Virus record (IMG/VR): IMGVR_UViG_3300025138_000046
Coordinates: 1-58,218 of that record
Direction: 5' to 3' (one strand)
Length of the DNA stretch: 58,218 bases
Origin: a virus
Taxonomy: Duplodnaviria > Caudoviricetes
Shown here: in pieces, positions 37,832 through 45,753 of the stretch
How positions within the stretch are numbered: position 1 is the first letter of the stretch
Layout: each line of letters opens with the position of its first letter
Notes under the pieces: generated by a model
The model's database searches: none
Seen by the model: the letters and a program-made list of their open reading frames with translations, nothing else
Told to the model about the DNA's origin: nothing
Translations under genes and position numbers: made by a program

Positions 37832-37861
37832 ATTATAACACAAGTAACTTAGAATGTACAC
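37832..37861 (-). promoter_or_regulatory. Early promoter (modification operon)
   Basis: GTGTACA-17-TATAAT. Confidence 0.8.
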
Positions 37862-37872
37862 ACTTTTTTTAA

Positions 37873-38337
37873 TTATTTTAATGGAAATTTAAACCTTTGT
37901 TTACCATCTACATATTCTAGATTGTCTACAGCTTCTTTCGCGTCGACAACCCCTAAAATTTCGTATGATACTGGTGTATTTTCATTTAAATCTGGAGCAA
38001 AATTATTAGGCCACCATTTCCAGATGACTAGTTTTTGTGTGTGGCCTGACAAAATTGATCTTTTTATAAATGGAGAAATATGTACACCAGACTTAGCATA
38101 TTGTTTATAATCTAAAGTAACATTATCAACAAGATGCATTGTGTCATACCGCATCTCTCCGTCCTTAGATAAAACTTGGTTTGGATCCATACTAGCCTGA
38201 TCATGTTCAGGAAATTCACAGTTTGCTCCACGAATTCCTGCATCTAAGTGTTCTACCATTTTATCCCTACGAGCTATAAACTCCGGAGTAACTATAGCGC
38301 TATAACATCCTTTGAGATCTTCAAGCTTCATATACAA
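37873..38337 (-). CDS. Hypothetical protein, possible restriction-fold nuclease
   Basis: E...YD-x9-DYK pattern; weak. Confidence 0.5.
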   Translation of the reverse strand: MYMKLEDLKGCYSAIVTPEFIARRDKMVEHLDAGIRGANCEFPEHDQASMDPNQVLSKDGEMRYDTMHLVDNVTLDYKQYAKSGVHISPFIKRSILSGHTQKLVIWKWWPNNFAPDLNENTPVSYEILGVVDAKEAVDNLEYVDGKQRFKFPLK

Positions 38338-38740
38338 TACCTTGCTCGTTCAATGCTTTTCTATTAGCCATGTGATGTTCTTCAGTCAATTCTTTAGAAT
38401 CTCCATAGTATGGAACTGCATGGAAATTATTAATCATAATTTGATTTACCGAAGTATTAAAATCTCCGTCAATAAATAATTCACCGAGAATTCTACCAAA
38501 CTTGCCTTTATCATGTGATATCAATGAGACATTTTGACCATCTAATAAATCTTCTAAGTAATACTTGCTTTGCTTACCATAGAATTTTTCTTCTAGATCT
38601 CGAGTTCGTGACTCAGGAGTATCAATGCCCATCATTCTAACTCTTTGCTTTTTGTAAACCATTCCAAAGCCTAAATCGACATTAACATCGATCGTGTCTC
38701 CGTCAACTACTCTTGTCACTTCTACATTATACGTATACAT
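38321..38740 (-). CDS. Thermonuclease (SNase-like)
   Basis: VVDGDTID, GIDTPE and GKFGRILG motifs. Confidence 0.88.
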   Translation of the reverse strand: MYTYNVEVTRVVDGDTIDVNVDLGFGMVYKKQRVRMMGIDTPESRTRDLEEKFYGKQSKYYLEDLLDGQNVSLISHDKGKFGRILGELFIDGDFNTSVNQIMINNFHAVPYYGDSKELTEEHHMANRKALNEQGIVYEA

Positions 38741-38741
38741 A

Positions 38742-39011
38742 TTATTCTCCTATTATTGCTTTAATGTGTTCAACATCAATAATTGCTGCAGCTTCACCGT
38801 CAATATCAACCGGCATAGATTTGCTCCAATCAAGGAATACTCTATCTCCTGTTGATACACATAATATTGCACCGGTGCTAACAGCCAAAACTAAAGCCGG
38901 CTTTTGGCCTTTAGTAATTTCTTTTGTAAGTATGATACCACCACTAGTGGTTTCTTCTCGTTCAACAGAGGTTACTAGAACCTGGTTATGTAACATTTTT
39001 TTAACATTCAT
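38742..39011 (-). CDS. GroES-like co-chaperonin
   Basis: ETTSGGIIL mobile loop and V..GD.V. Confidence 0.8.
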   Translation of the reverse strand: MNVKKMLHNQVLVTSVEREETTSGGIILTKEITKGQKPALVLAVSTGAILCVSTGDRVFLDWSKSMPVDIDGEAAAIIDVEHIKAIIGE

Positions 39012-39020
39012 TTTTTTCTC

Positions 39021-39527
39021 CTATTTGTAAAATGTGTGGTTATTAATTATAACCGTTTCTTCTAGTGAATCTGCCCAATAAGGATAAACACTATCTGCAT
39101 GATAATGCGTAGATCCTTCAGTAATATCTCCATATTCACCTAAAAATATTGCCCAAGCCAAATAATACGAAGTTTCCCAAGTATAACTGTCTTCGGGTGT
39201 ATCGGATTTGCCATCACAAAACCAACTAAACTGGCACATATGTCTTTGCGGAACAACTTTGCCATTATCATTAACTTCATATTTAGCTTGGTATATAACA
39301 TCGCATATAGTACTTGGATAATTTGGATTAATTACTCGGTTTTGAACTACGTGAGATACTGCGATTTTACCTGCCATTGGTTGATTACCAGCCTCAAAAT
39401 ACATATTTAATGCTAAACAATATACTTCGCCATTTTCATCTGAAGCTTTAACTTCCTGAGCAATTACTGCATATGCGAAAAATGCAAGTGCGGATAATCC
39501 GAATGCTAATTTTATTTTTTTAATCAT
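39021..39527 (-). CDS. Cell wall hydrolase (SleB/Hydrolase_2)
   Basis: CLA.N.YFEA, NRV, CQFSW, THYH and H.FY motifs. Confidence 0.88.
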   Translation of the reverse strand: MIKKIKLAFGLSALAFFAYAVIAQEVKASDENGEVYCLALNMYFEAGNQPMAGKIAVSHVVQNRVINPNYPSTICDVIYQAKYEVNDNGKVVPQRHMCQFSWFCDGKSDTPEDSYTWETSYYLAWAIFLGEYGDITEGSTHYHADSVYPYWADSLEETVIINNHTFYK

Positions 39528-40441
39528 ATATTATTTCGGAACACAAAGTCAATTGCTCTTTCCGCCTCTTTAGTCATATCACGTTTTCCATACCATCCGC
39601 CAGTGTCATTATCTAAATCTGAACATATCCATGCTACTTCGCGAGCGGAGATTGGATAACCTCGCTGCATCGCGTTGCCCGCGGTTGATACCATAATTTT
39701 ATACATTTGTAAATACCATCCTGAACCGGTAATGCCCTTATATTCTTCAACTTGTTTTTTGTTTACAAAAGGGCAGTCTCTATATCCAGTCCATGAAAAG
39801 TCAGTGTTGTTAAGTTTTGCTTTTCTATGTTCGATGATTCCTGTTCTGATAGATTCTGGAAGCTTATCGAAAAACGATTCATTTGTGACAACGTATCGGT
39901 GTCTTTCCATGAGCTCATTCGGATCCATGATTGATCCGTCGTGTGTGAATATAAAGTTGTACCCACCTTGATATTGTGAGGGGACGTAATACATTCTACT
40001 GAGGTCTTTTGTTTGAGCATCTGCGATGTCTCCTATTTCTTTGTTTAAAGCAAACCAAAAGTGTTTAATTTTATCAGCCGGAACTGATTCAGTTAATGGA
40101 AATACCAATCTAAACTTTGGATGTGCCTTGGTTGAGCTTGCCGTAGAATAGCAAACATATTTATATTTTGAATATTTTTCATGAATATCTTCAATTGAAC
40201 CTTCATAGTCATCTACATCGACAATGCCGAAACCACCCCAACTAATGACATTCGTATTAGCTCGAGTGGTTCCGGTCTTATATGTGGCAGGTGATATTAA
40301 GGGAGCATCAGCTTTCTTTTGATACTTATCACTTTTTGCCAATTTGTATAACACTTTTTCAAAATCATCAAATGAATTGTAATCAACTCGCTTGATTGTT
40401 TTGTTGTCGTATATACTATCGAATATCGTTAAAGATACCAT
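39524..40441 (-). CDS. AEP/Prim-Pol-type primase-like protein
   Basis: DVDD (DxD), YSTAS, KFRLVFPL and D..R.YY motifs. Confidence 0.65.
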   Translation of the reverse strand: MVSLTIFDSIYDNKTIKRVDYNSFDDFEKVLYKLAKSDKYQKKADAPLISPATYKTGTTRANTNVISWGGFGIVDVDDYEGSIEDIHEKYSKYKYVCYSTASSTKAHPKFRLVFPLTESVPADKIKHFWFALNKEIGDIADAQTKDLSRMYYVPSQYQGGYNFIFTHDGSIMDPNELMERHRYVVTNESFFDKLPESIRTGIIEHRKAKLNNTDFSWTGYRDCPFVNKKQVEEYKGITGSGWYLQMYKIMVSTAGNAMQRGYPISAREVAWICSDLDNDTGGWYGKRDMTKEAERAIDFVFRNNI

Positions 40442-40829
40442 GGTTTCCTGCGTGTGATGGAGCTTTCCAACCTTCGGGTTTCATGAGATCTGGAAGTCCT
40501 AGTGGATTTGGTCGGCCTTCTTTTACACCAACCTGCTTTGACATATTAGCTTTAAGAACCTCGTCCCATGCTTTATGAGCATCTATTCCGAACGCGTCTA
40601 AGGTTCCGATGGCTACTACGCATAGATCAATTAATCCATCTACTAGTTCTTCACCATCTAAAGTATCAAATGCCTTTTTGGTTTCGTCAAGTTCTTCCTG
40701 TAAGAAGTTAATGCGAAACTCTAAAAAAGTTTTTAGTTTTGCTTTATCTGTTTTATTATCAAAAATCCAGTCCAAAGTGCCGAATTTGTCTTGCATCGTT
40801 TCGATGTCTTTTACCCAGTTATTACTCAT
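40416..40829 (-). CDS. All-alpha NTP pyrophosphohydrolase (MazG/dCTPase-like)
   Basis: EELDE, E.VDGLID, ANMSK and KPEGW motifs. Confidence 0.8.
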   Translation of the reverse strand: MSNNWVKDIETMQDKFGTLDWIFDNKTDKAKLKTFLEFRINFLQEELDETKKAFDTLDGEELVDGLIDLCVVAIGTLDAFGIDAHKAWDEVLKANMSKQVGVKEGRPNPLGLPDLMKPEGWKAPSHAGNHGIFNDIR

Positions 40830-41101
40830 TATACTATAATTCCTTGTTTAGCTGTTACTATACCGCTTCTCATAGATCTGATTTGATCTACTAATTCGTC
40901 TACAGGTTCTAAAATCATCATTACAAATTGACGTTGAATTACGATCCTTTCATCTTTGGCGTATGCCATAAATGGAATAAATCCGATTTTACCTGGTTCT
41001 GTCGATACCATAGAATACGCTTCGCTAATTGCGATTGTATTTTCTGATTCTTCGACTTGACCGATGATTTCCTCTCCCGAGGTTAGTCTTACTAATTGCA
41101 T
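40829..41101 (-). CDS. Sm-like fold hypothetical protein
   Basis: LVRLTSGEEII and P(F/W)M.Y motifs. Confidence 0.65.
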   Translation of the reverse strand: MQLVRLTSGEEIIGQVEESENTIAISEAYSMVSTEPGKIGFIPFMAYAKDERIVIQRQFVMMILEPVDELVDQIRSMRSGIVTAKQGIIV

Positions 41102-41124
41102 TTTTTTTCTCCGTTATGTGGTCT

Positions 41125-41154
41125 ATTATAACACACTTTGCATATAATGTACAC
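41125..41154 (-). promoter_or_regulatory. Early promoter
   Basis: GTGTACA-17-TATAAT. Confidence 0.8.
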
Positions 41155-41161
41155 AGTTATT

Positions 41162-43678
41162 TTAAAAGAATTCTTCGAGTGTCGCAATCTCTTTCGAGTT
41201 CCAGCCTACGGCTGATAGAATCGGATCGATAACATCTAAGAAGGTTTTGTTGAATTGTTTATCAAAATCAATATAGCGATGTAAACCAAACTCTTCAGGA
41301 AGATAATCAAGGAACGATATTACATTTTCCTTGATGTGATTTGGTGTACGCAAATAGATAAACTTGATCTTTTCGCCATTTTGAATTTTGTTGTATTGCT
41401 GTCCTAAAGACATATCCTTTAAAAGCTTATTGTATAGAATTCCACCGCGTGCATGAATCGGCGTACCTTTTCGATATATCGTTTGTTTATCTTGAAACTG
41501 AGTCAAGTTAGTAATTCCTCGAGGGAATGCGATTTCGTTTGGTGGTAGAGTTTTAAAATGTGTTCTAAAGATTTCTATGTTACTTTGAACTTCTTTCTCA
41601 GAACCGGCTATTATAGTCTTGAAGATCTGCTTTAGTGCTTCACGGCACGGTGCTGGTGTTGATGATTTAATAGCCTCAATCCCCATGATTTTAAGTTTAG
41701 GCTCCGCGTATCGTACACCTTCGTTATCAAGTACATTTAAGATGTAACGCTTTTTTGCTGTCCAGATGCCACGATCAGCAATTGCTTCTCGTTTCATTAC
41801 CATTCGGTTTTCAATACCACCCATAATATTAAACAGTGTTCCATAACTTTCTTCTAATACAGCTTCTAGTTTTTCTTTACAAACAGTATCTACGAATTCT
41901 AATGGATTTTTAGGCTTAACTGCAGATACAAGATCGTCAAGGACTACATAGACAGAATCTGTATCGATTGCTAATACATAATCTTTTTTAGTTTTAAGAA
42001 CTGATTGCAGGTATTTATTAATTGCTTCTTCAGCCCAACGAATAGTCAACTGACCCGATAAAGTAATTCCTTCTGCAATACGCTGATCAAAGAATCTAAA
42101 ATACTTATTGCCTAAAGCACCATAAAGTGAGTTAAGTAGAATCTTAATAGACATCTGCTGATTTTCTGCAATTGCAATATCGCGTTGAACTCTGTATAAT
42201 TCTTGCTTGTCATTCTTATCGACTCTTTCTAATTCTTTTTGAGATGTAATCATTTGTCTTTTAATGACAACACGTTCACTATACATTTCATTAATTATTT
42301 TAGGTAAAATGCCAAGTTCATCGGTTTTAAAGTATTGGCCAGAAGCTGAACAACATTCGCCGTCTTCTATTTTAGGTTTTAGTTGTCCTGTAAGTAAATT
42401 GTCAACATTCACATTTGCAACTTTGCCACTAATAATAGTTTCTGGAGACATATTGTATTGCATAATAAGCGATGGATATAGTGAGTTTAAATCAAATGAA
42501 ACTACCCATTCATGCATACCAACTTGAGGATCTTTTACATAACCACCAGGATATGGTGATTTAAACTTTTCCTCAGCAAAAGGAATAATTACATTATTTG
42601 CATAAAGATTTCTAAAGATGATAGCATCCCATATCGCAGTAGTTCCCATAACATCGCTGTAATTTACTCCGCCGCGATAAGCCATAGTTAATGCTAAAGT
42701 AATAAGTCCCATCTTATCTTCAAAGCGATCTACTAAATCTACGTCTTTAATATTATAGTCAATAAACTTTTGATGATCATATTTGTAAAGAGTGTGTAAG
42801 TTGCCATGCTCTTCGTACGAAAGCTTACGTTCATCAAGAACAACATTTGCAATGTGATCTAGCTTGTATGATTCCTGAGGACCATATGAATATCCAAATT
42901 TGCGAAACAAATCAAGGTAATCCATTTGAGCAATACCTTGAATATCGTATGCCATTTGTTTACGTTGCATTGTATTAACATCGCGACGGTCTATTAATCC
43001 CCAAGGCGATAATCTACGAACAAACTCTTCACCATGTATCTTAATGATTCTGTTTATTAAGTATGGCATATCAAAAAACCTTGAATTCCAACCGGTAATA
43101 ACATCTGGACATTGCGAAGGTAAAGCCCAATGCGCAATATACTCGAGTAGTAGTTGAGATTCTGATGCGCATTGTTTGTAGACAACACGGTTTTCTTGCA
43201 TTAAGCTATTTTCTACATCATAAGGTTTTAGACCCCAGACATAGAATGTATTATCAATATTATTTTTCATACAGATTGCCGTTACTTCATGCGCTGCATG
43301 TTCAGGATCCGGAAATCCAGCGTCAGATTGTACTTCAATATCAATTGTTGTTACGTTAATTAAGTTACGATCAAACTTAATTTCTCCAGGGAATTCGTCA
43401 TTAATAAATGCTGGGATATGTTTATTGTTCCCAAAGATATGCCTTCCAGCGGTTTGTTGATTTGTTTGTAACCAATCCTTAGCATCGCGCATAGAATCAA
43501 ATTGTATTGGTGATACTTTCGTGCCGTCAAGTGCCTTAAAGGGAGTTGGTTTAGGAGTGTTAACAAAATACGTAGGTTGATATTTTATTTTAGTTTGAAT
43601 TTTTTTGCCGTTTTTGTACCCACGATATAGGAGTGAGTTCCCGTAACGAGAAACGTTCGTGTAGAATTTCATGTTCAT
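41162..43678 (-). CDS. 43: DNA polymerase family B gp43
   Basis: DIEV exonuclease motif, DLNSLYP, KILLNSLYG, DTDS and KKRY. Confidence 0.97.
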   Translation of the reverse strand: MNMKFYTNVSRYGNSLLYRGYKNGKKIQTKIKYQPTYFVNTPKPTPFKALDGTKVSPIQFDSMRDAKDWLQTNQQTAGRHIFGNNKHIPAFINDEFPGEIKFDRNLINVTTIDIEVQSDAGFPDPEHAAHEVTAICMKNNIDNTFYVWGLKPYDVENSLMQENRVVYKQCASESQLLLEYIAHWALPSQCPDVITGWNSRFFDMPYLINRIIKIHGEEFVRRLSPWGLIDRRDVNTMQRKQMAYDIQGIAQMDYLDLFRKFGYSYGPQESYKLDHIANVVLDERKLSYEEHGNLHTLYKYDHQKFIDYNIKDVDLVDRFEDKMGLITLALTMAYRGGVNYSDVMGTTAIWDAIIFRNLYANNVIIPFAEEKFKSPYPGGYVKDPQVGMHEWVVSFDLNSLYPSLIMQYNMSPETIISGKVANVNVDNLLTGQLKPKIEDGECCSASGQYFKTDELGILPKIINEMYSERVVIKRQMITSQKELERVDKNDKQELYRVQRDIAIAENQQMSIKILLNSLYGALGNKYFRFFDQRIAEGITLSGQLTIRWAEEAINKYLQSVLKTKKDYVLAIDTDSVYVVLDDLVSAVKPKNPLEFVDTVCKEKLEAVLEESYGTLFNIMGGIENRMVMKREAIADRGIWTAKKRYILNVLDNEGVRYAEPKLKIMGIEAIKSSTPAPCREALKQIFKTIIAGSEKEVQSNIEIFRTHFKTLPPNEIAFPRGITNLTQFQDKQTIYRKGTPIHARGGILYNKLLKDMSLGQQYNKIQNGEKIKFIYLRTPNHIKENVISFLDYLPEEFGLHRYIDFDKQFNKTFLDVIDPILSAVGWNSKEIATLEEFF

Positions 43679-43708
43679 AGTATAACCATATTAAATTAAC
43701 GTGTACAT

Positions 43709-43738
43709 ATTATATCACAGTTTAAACATAATGTACAC
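43709..43738 (-). promoter_or_regulatory. Early promoter (gene 43)
   Basis: GTGTACA-17-TATAAT. Confidence 0.8.
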
Positions 43739-43766
43739 ATAAAAATGGGGGACGAATCCCCCATTC
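43739..43766 (-). terminator. Rho-independent terminator with UUCG loop
   Basis: AATGGGGGA-TTCG-TCCCCCATT followed by T-rich sequence. Confidence 0.85.
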
Positions 43767-43778
43767 AGTCTTCACACA

Positions 43779-43907
43779 TTAAAACGAATTCATCTGCAGG
43801 TAGATAATGACCGGGGATATTAATAAAATTCCTATCCCTATCATTGCAAATTCTACAAGTTCGAATCCAGCCCTAATGTCATCTTTGTGCTTACGTATGT
43901 AACCCAT
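43779..43907 (-). CDS. Small membrane peptide (42 aa)
   Basis: Hand-translated MGYIRKHKDDIRAGFELVEFAMIGIGILLISPVIIYLQMNSF; GGAG RBS at 7 nt; terminator follows. Confidence 0.65.
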   Translation of the reverse strand: MGYIRKHKDDIRAGFELVEFAMIGIGILLISPVIIYLQMNSF

Positions 43908-43965
43908 TTTATGACTCCAGTAAATTGTTAAAACAATCCACTGAGTTTTCGCTGCTCACCGGAAT

Positions 43966-44421
43966 CTATTCTTGAATAAATTCCTTCTTCTTTGATGCCC
44001 CAGCAGACCCGATTTCGATCTTCCTAGGACGCCTTTCTTCTGGAATTTCTACTCTGGCTTTAACCACAAGTATTCCATTCACAAGATCGGCCCCGTCTAT
44101 TACGACAAATTCTGAGAGTCGGAAGGACTTCTCAAATTTGCGGGATGAAATCCCTTTGTGCGCATAATCGCGATCATCATCATGAGACTTTTCACCTTTT
44201 ACTAAAAGAATGCCATCCTTGACTTCTACAGATATATCATCATCTGCGAAACCGGCAACGGCGAGCTCAATGTTGAAATTTTCAGCATCGACCTTTACAA
44301 CGTTATGTGGTGGATAATTATCTTGAGCTCTTCCAGCTGTGTGGATTCTTTCAAGTTCGTTTAGTATTGGATCAAACCCAATAAATAGTGAACGCGGTAC
44401 GTTCATAGTATTTCTTACCAT
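43966..44421 (-). CDS. hsp20: Small heat-shock protein (IbpA-like Hsp20)
   Basis: NYPPHN, ELAVAGF, HKGIS.R.F, NGIL and IPEE.RPRKIEI motifs; start refined. Confidence 0.93.
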   Translation of the reverse strand: MVRNTMNVPRSLFIGFDPILNELERIHTAGRAQDNYPPHNVVKVDAENFNIELAVAGFADDDISVEVKDGILLVKGEKSHDDDRDYAHKGISSRKFEKSFRLSEFVVIDGADLVNGILVVKARVEIPEERRPRKIEIGSAGASKKKEFIQE

Positions 44422-44428
44422 TTTAGTT

Positions 44429-44447
44429 CCTCCTATATATAGCAAGG
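44429..44447 (-). promoter_or_regulatory. ROSE-like RNA thermometer hairpin
   Basis: CCUUGCU-AUAUAU-AGGAGG: U(U/C)GCU motif paired with the SD upstream of a sHsp. Confidence 0.75.
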
Positions 44448-44456
44448 TTAATATAT

Positions 44457-44478
44457 GGACCCGACCTATTCGGCATCC
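44457..44478 (-). promoter_or_regulatory. Leader hairpin motif, copy 1
   Basis: GGAUGCCGA-AUAGG-UCGGGUCC. Confidence 0.7.
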
Positions 44479-44483
44479 ACAAT

Positions 44484-44491
44484 TATTTATA
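44484..44491 (-). promoter_or_regulatory. Late promoter TATAAATA (hsp20)
   Basis: Exact motif, intergenic. Confidence 0.75.
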
Positions 44492-44526
44492 CAAGTTTTT
44501 TAACTGGTTTAAATAAATTTTTTAAA

Positions 44527-44595
44527 TTATTGAAACATTCTCCATACGTTTTGTATTCTGTTACACTTCAATAGTTCGTGTATTTTCTTCATCAT
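44527..44595 (-). CDS. Possible 22-aa peptide coupled to regA
   Basis: MMKKIHELLKCNRIQNVWRMFQ; ATGA overlap with the regA stop. Confidence 0.3.
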   Translation of the reverse strand: MMKKIHELLKCNRIQNVWRMFQ

Positions 44596-45020
44596 TCTTT
44601 GTTACTGTTCCCGATATTATATTTTGGACATAGTTGCCATTGGCTTTTTTCCTTATAAGGAATAACTTTAATCTGCCTTAGCGGTGCGATGTCTTTAGCT
44701 TGATCAGCAGTCACAAAAGTGACTAGGCCCCAATCTGCAAGTAAAGTAGCAATCGTGTTTCTACGTTGAATATCGTTCAGCAATAAATTAGATGGCTTTC
44801 CATCTAATAAGAATAACTCTTTAAAGTGCACAATAAAGTATCTTCCTTGTTTGTGCAGTATGTGACATGATTGATATAGCTTCTGATCTTTTCGTGAAGC
44901 TACTCCAATTCTGGTTAACGTTTCTCGTATTTTAAGAAAGTCGTCTGGTTCGTTAAGCGTGATTTCCAGCATAGAAGCCGGGGTCCACTGAACCATCTCT
45001 ATATTATTTTCGTTTTCCAC
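44592..45020 (-). CDS. regA: Translational repressor RegA
   Basis: DDFLKIRETLTRIG, LYQSCHILHK.G.Y.IVHFKELF and KY.IG motifs. Confidence 0.95.
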   Translation of the reverse strand: MENENNIEMVQWTPASMLEITLNEPDDFLKIRETLTRIGVASRKDQKLYQSCHILHKQGRYFIVHFKELFLLDGKPSNLLLNDIQRRNTIATLLADWGLVTFVTADQAKDIAPLRQIKVIPYKEKSQWQLCPKYNIGNSNKE

Positions 45021-45384
45021 CTTTATACATCCTCAATTTCAATTCGTTTATTTGCTCATTATTTAATAATGACAATACAGATTTAGCCTTTTCGTTACTA
45101 TATCCATAATATTCTTTTATCAATTCTAAGTTCTCTATATTAATAGGTTTTGCCCATTTAGAGAATCTTTTCTTCTTCTTAATTATATTTATAAAAAAAT
45201 CGAATTGAAGACGATGATCTATGTGGTGATTAATATTCATTTCATTAGCGAATAATATAGTATCCGGAAAATAAGACAGTCCGCGGTTAACCATAAATGG
45301 TGTATACGCTTTTTCAGAAAAGTCATCAACCATTATATCTTTCTTGCTCGTATTAATAGCGTTTAAATAATCAAATGGATTCAT
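45004..45384 (-). CDS. 62: Clamp loader small subunit gp62
   Basis: Y.PFMVNRGLS, ANEMN, KRFSKW and YYGYS..KA motifs. Confidence 0.9.
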   Translation of the reverse strand: MNPFDYLNAINTSKKDIMVDDFSEKAYTPFMVNRGLSYFPDTILFANEMNINHHIDHRLQFDFFINIIKKKKRFSKWAKPINIENLELIKEYYGYSNEKAKSVLSLLNNEQINELKLRMYKGGKRK

Positions 45385-45753
45385 CTAAGCTTCCTTGTCG
45401 AGATCCCAAAGGATTCTTTTTTTTACATCTGGTAATTTTCGCATCCATTGATTTTGTCTAAATTCAACGTACCATTTAGCATTAGTGTTTTCCGCTTGAT
45501 AGAAAGCAATATTTGTAAATATGATCGGAACTAAAATTGATAAGTGAATAGCTATTGATGTTACTATGCTGTATTCAATCCAACCGATATAATATATAGC
45601 CACAAGACCAAAAAAGGCCGACCACATAACAAATAGAACTAGTGTAATATATGTTTGAAACGGCTTATCCGTAATAAATCTTAGTGGGTTATATCTATTA
45701 TCCATGACTGCTCGCCACGAATCAACTACCCAAAACGCAAATTTCTTTATCAT
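45385..45753 (-). CDS. Two-TM membrane protein inserted between genes 44 and 62
   Basis: W..VMD.RYNPL, two hydrophobic helices, WDLDKEA. Confidence 0.65.
   Translation of the reverse strand: MIKKFAFWVVDSWRAVMDNRYNPLRFITDKPFQTYITLVLFVMWSAFFGLVAIYYIGWIEYSIVTSIAIHLSILVPIIFTNIAFYQAENTNAKWYVEFRQNQWMRKLPDVKKRILWDLDKEA

Noticed and set aside
43701-43732. Plus-strand GTGTACA as a second antisense promoter
   Set aside because: No TATAAT at 17-nt spacing.
40158-45193. TATAAATA matches at 40158-40165 and 45186-45193
   Set aside because: They are intragenic in AT-rich DNA and far from a start codon; chance occurrence is likely.
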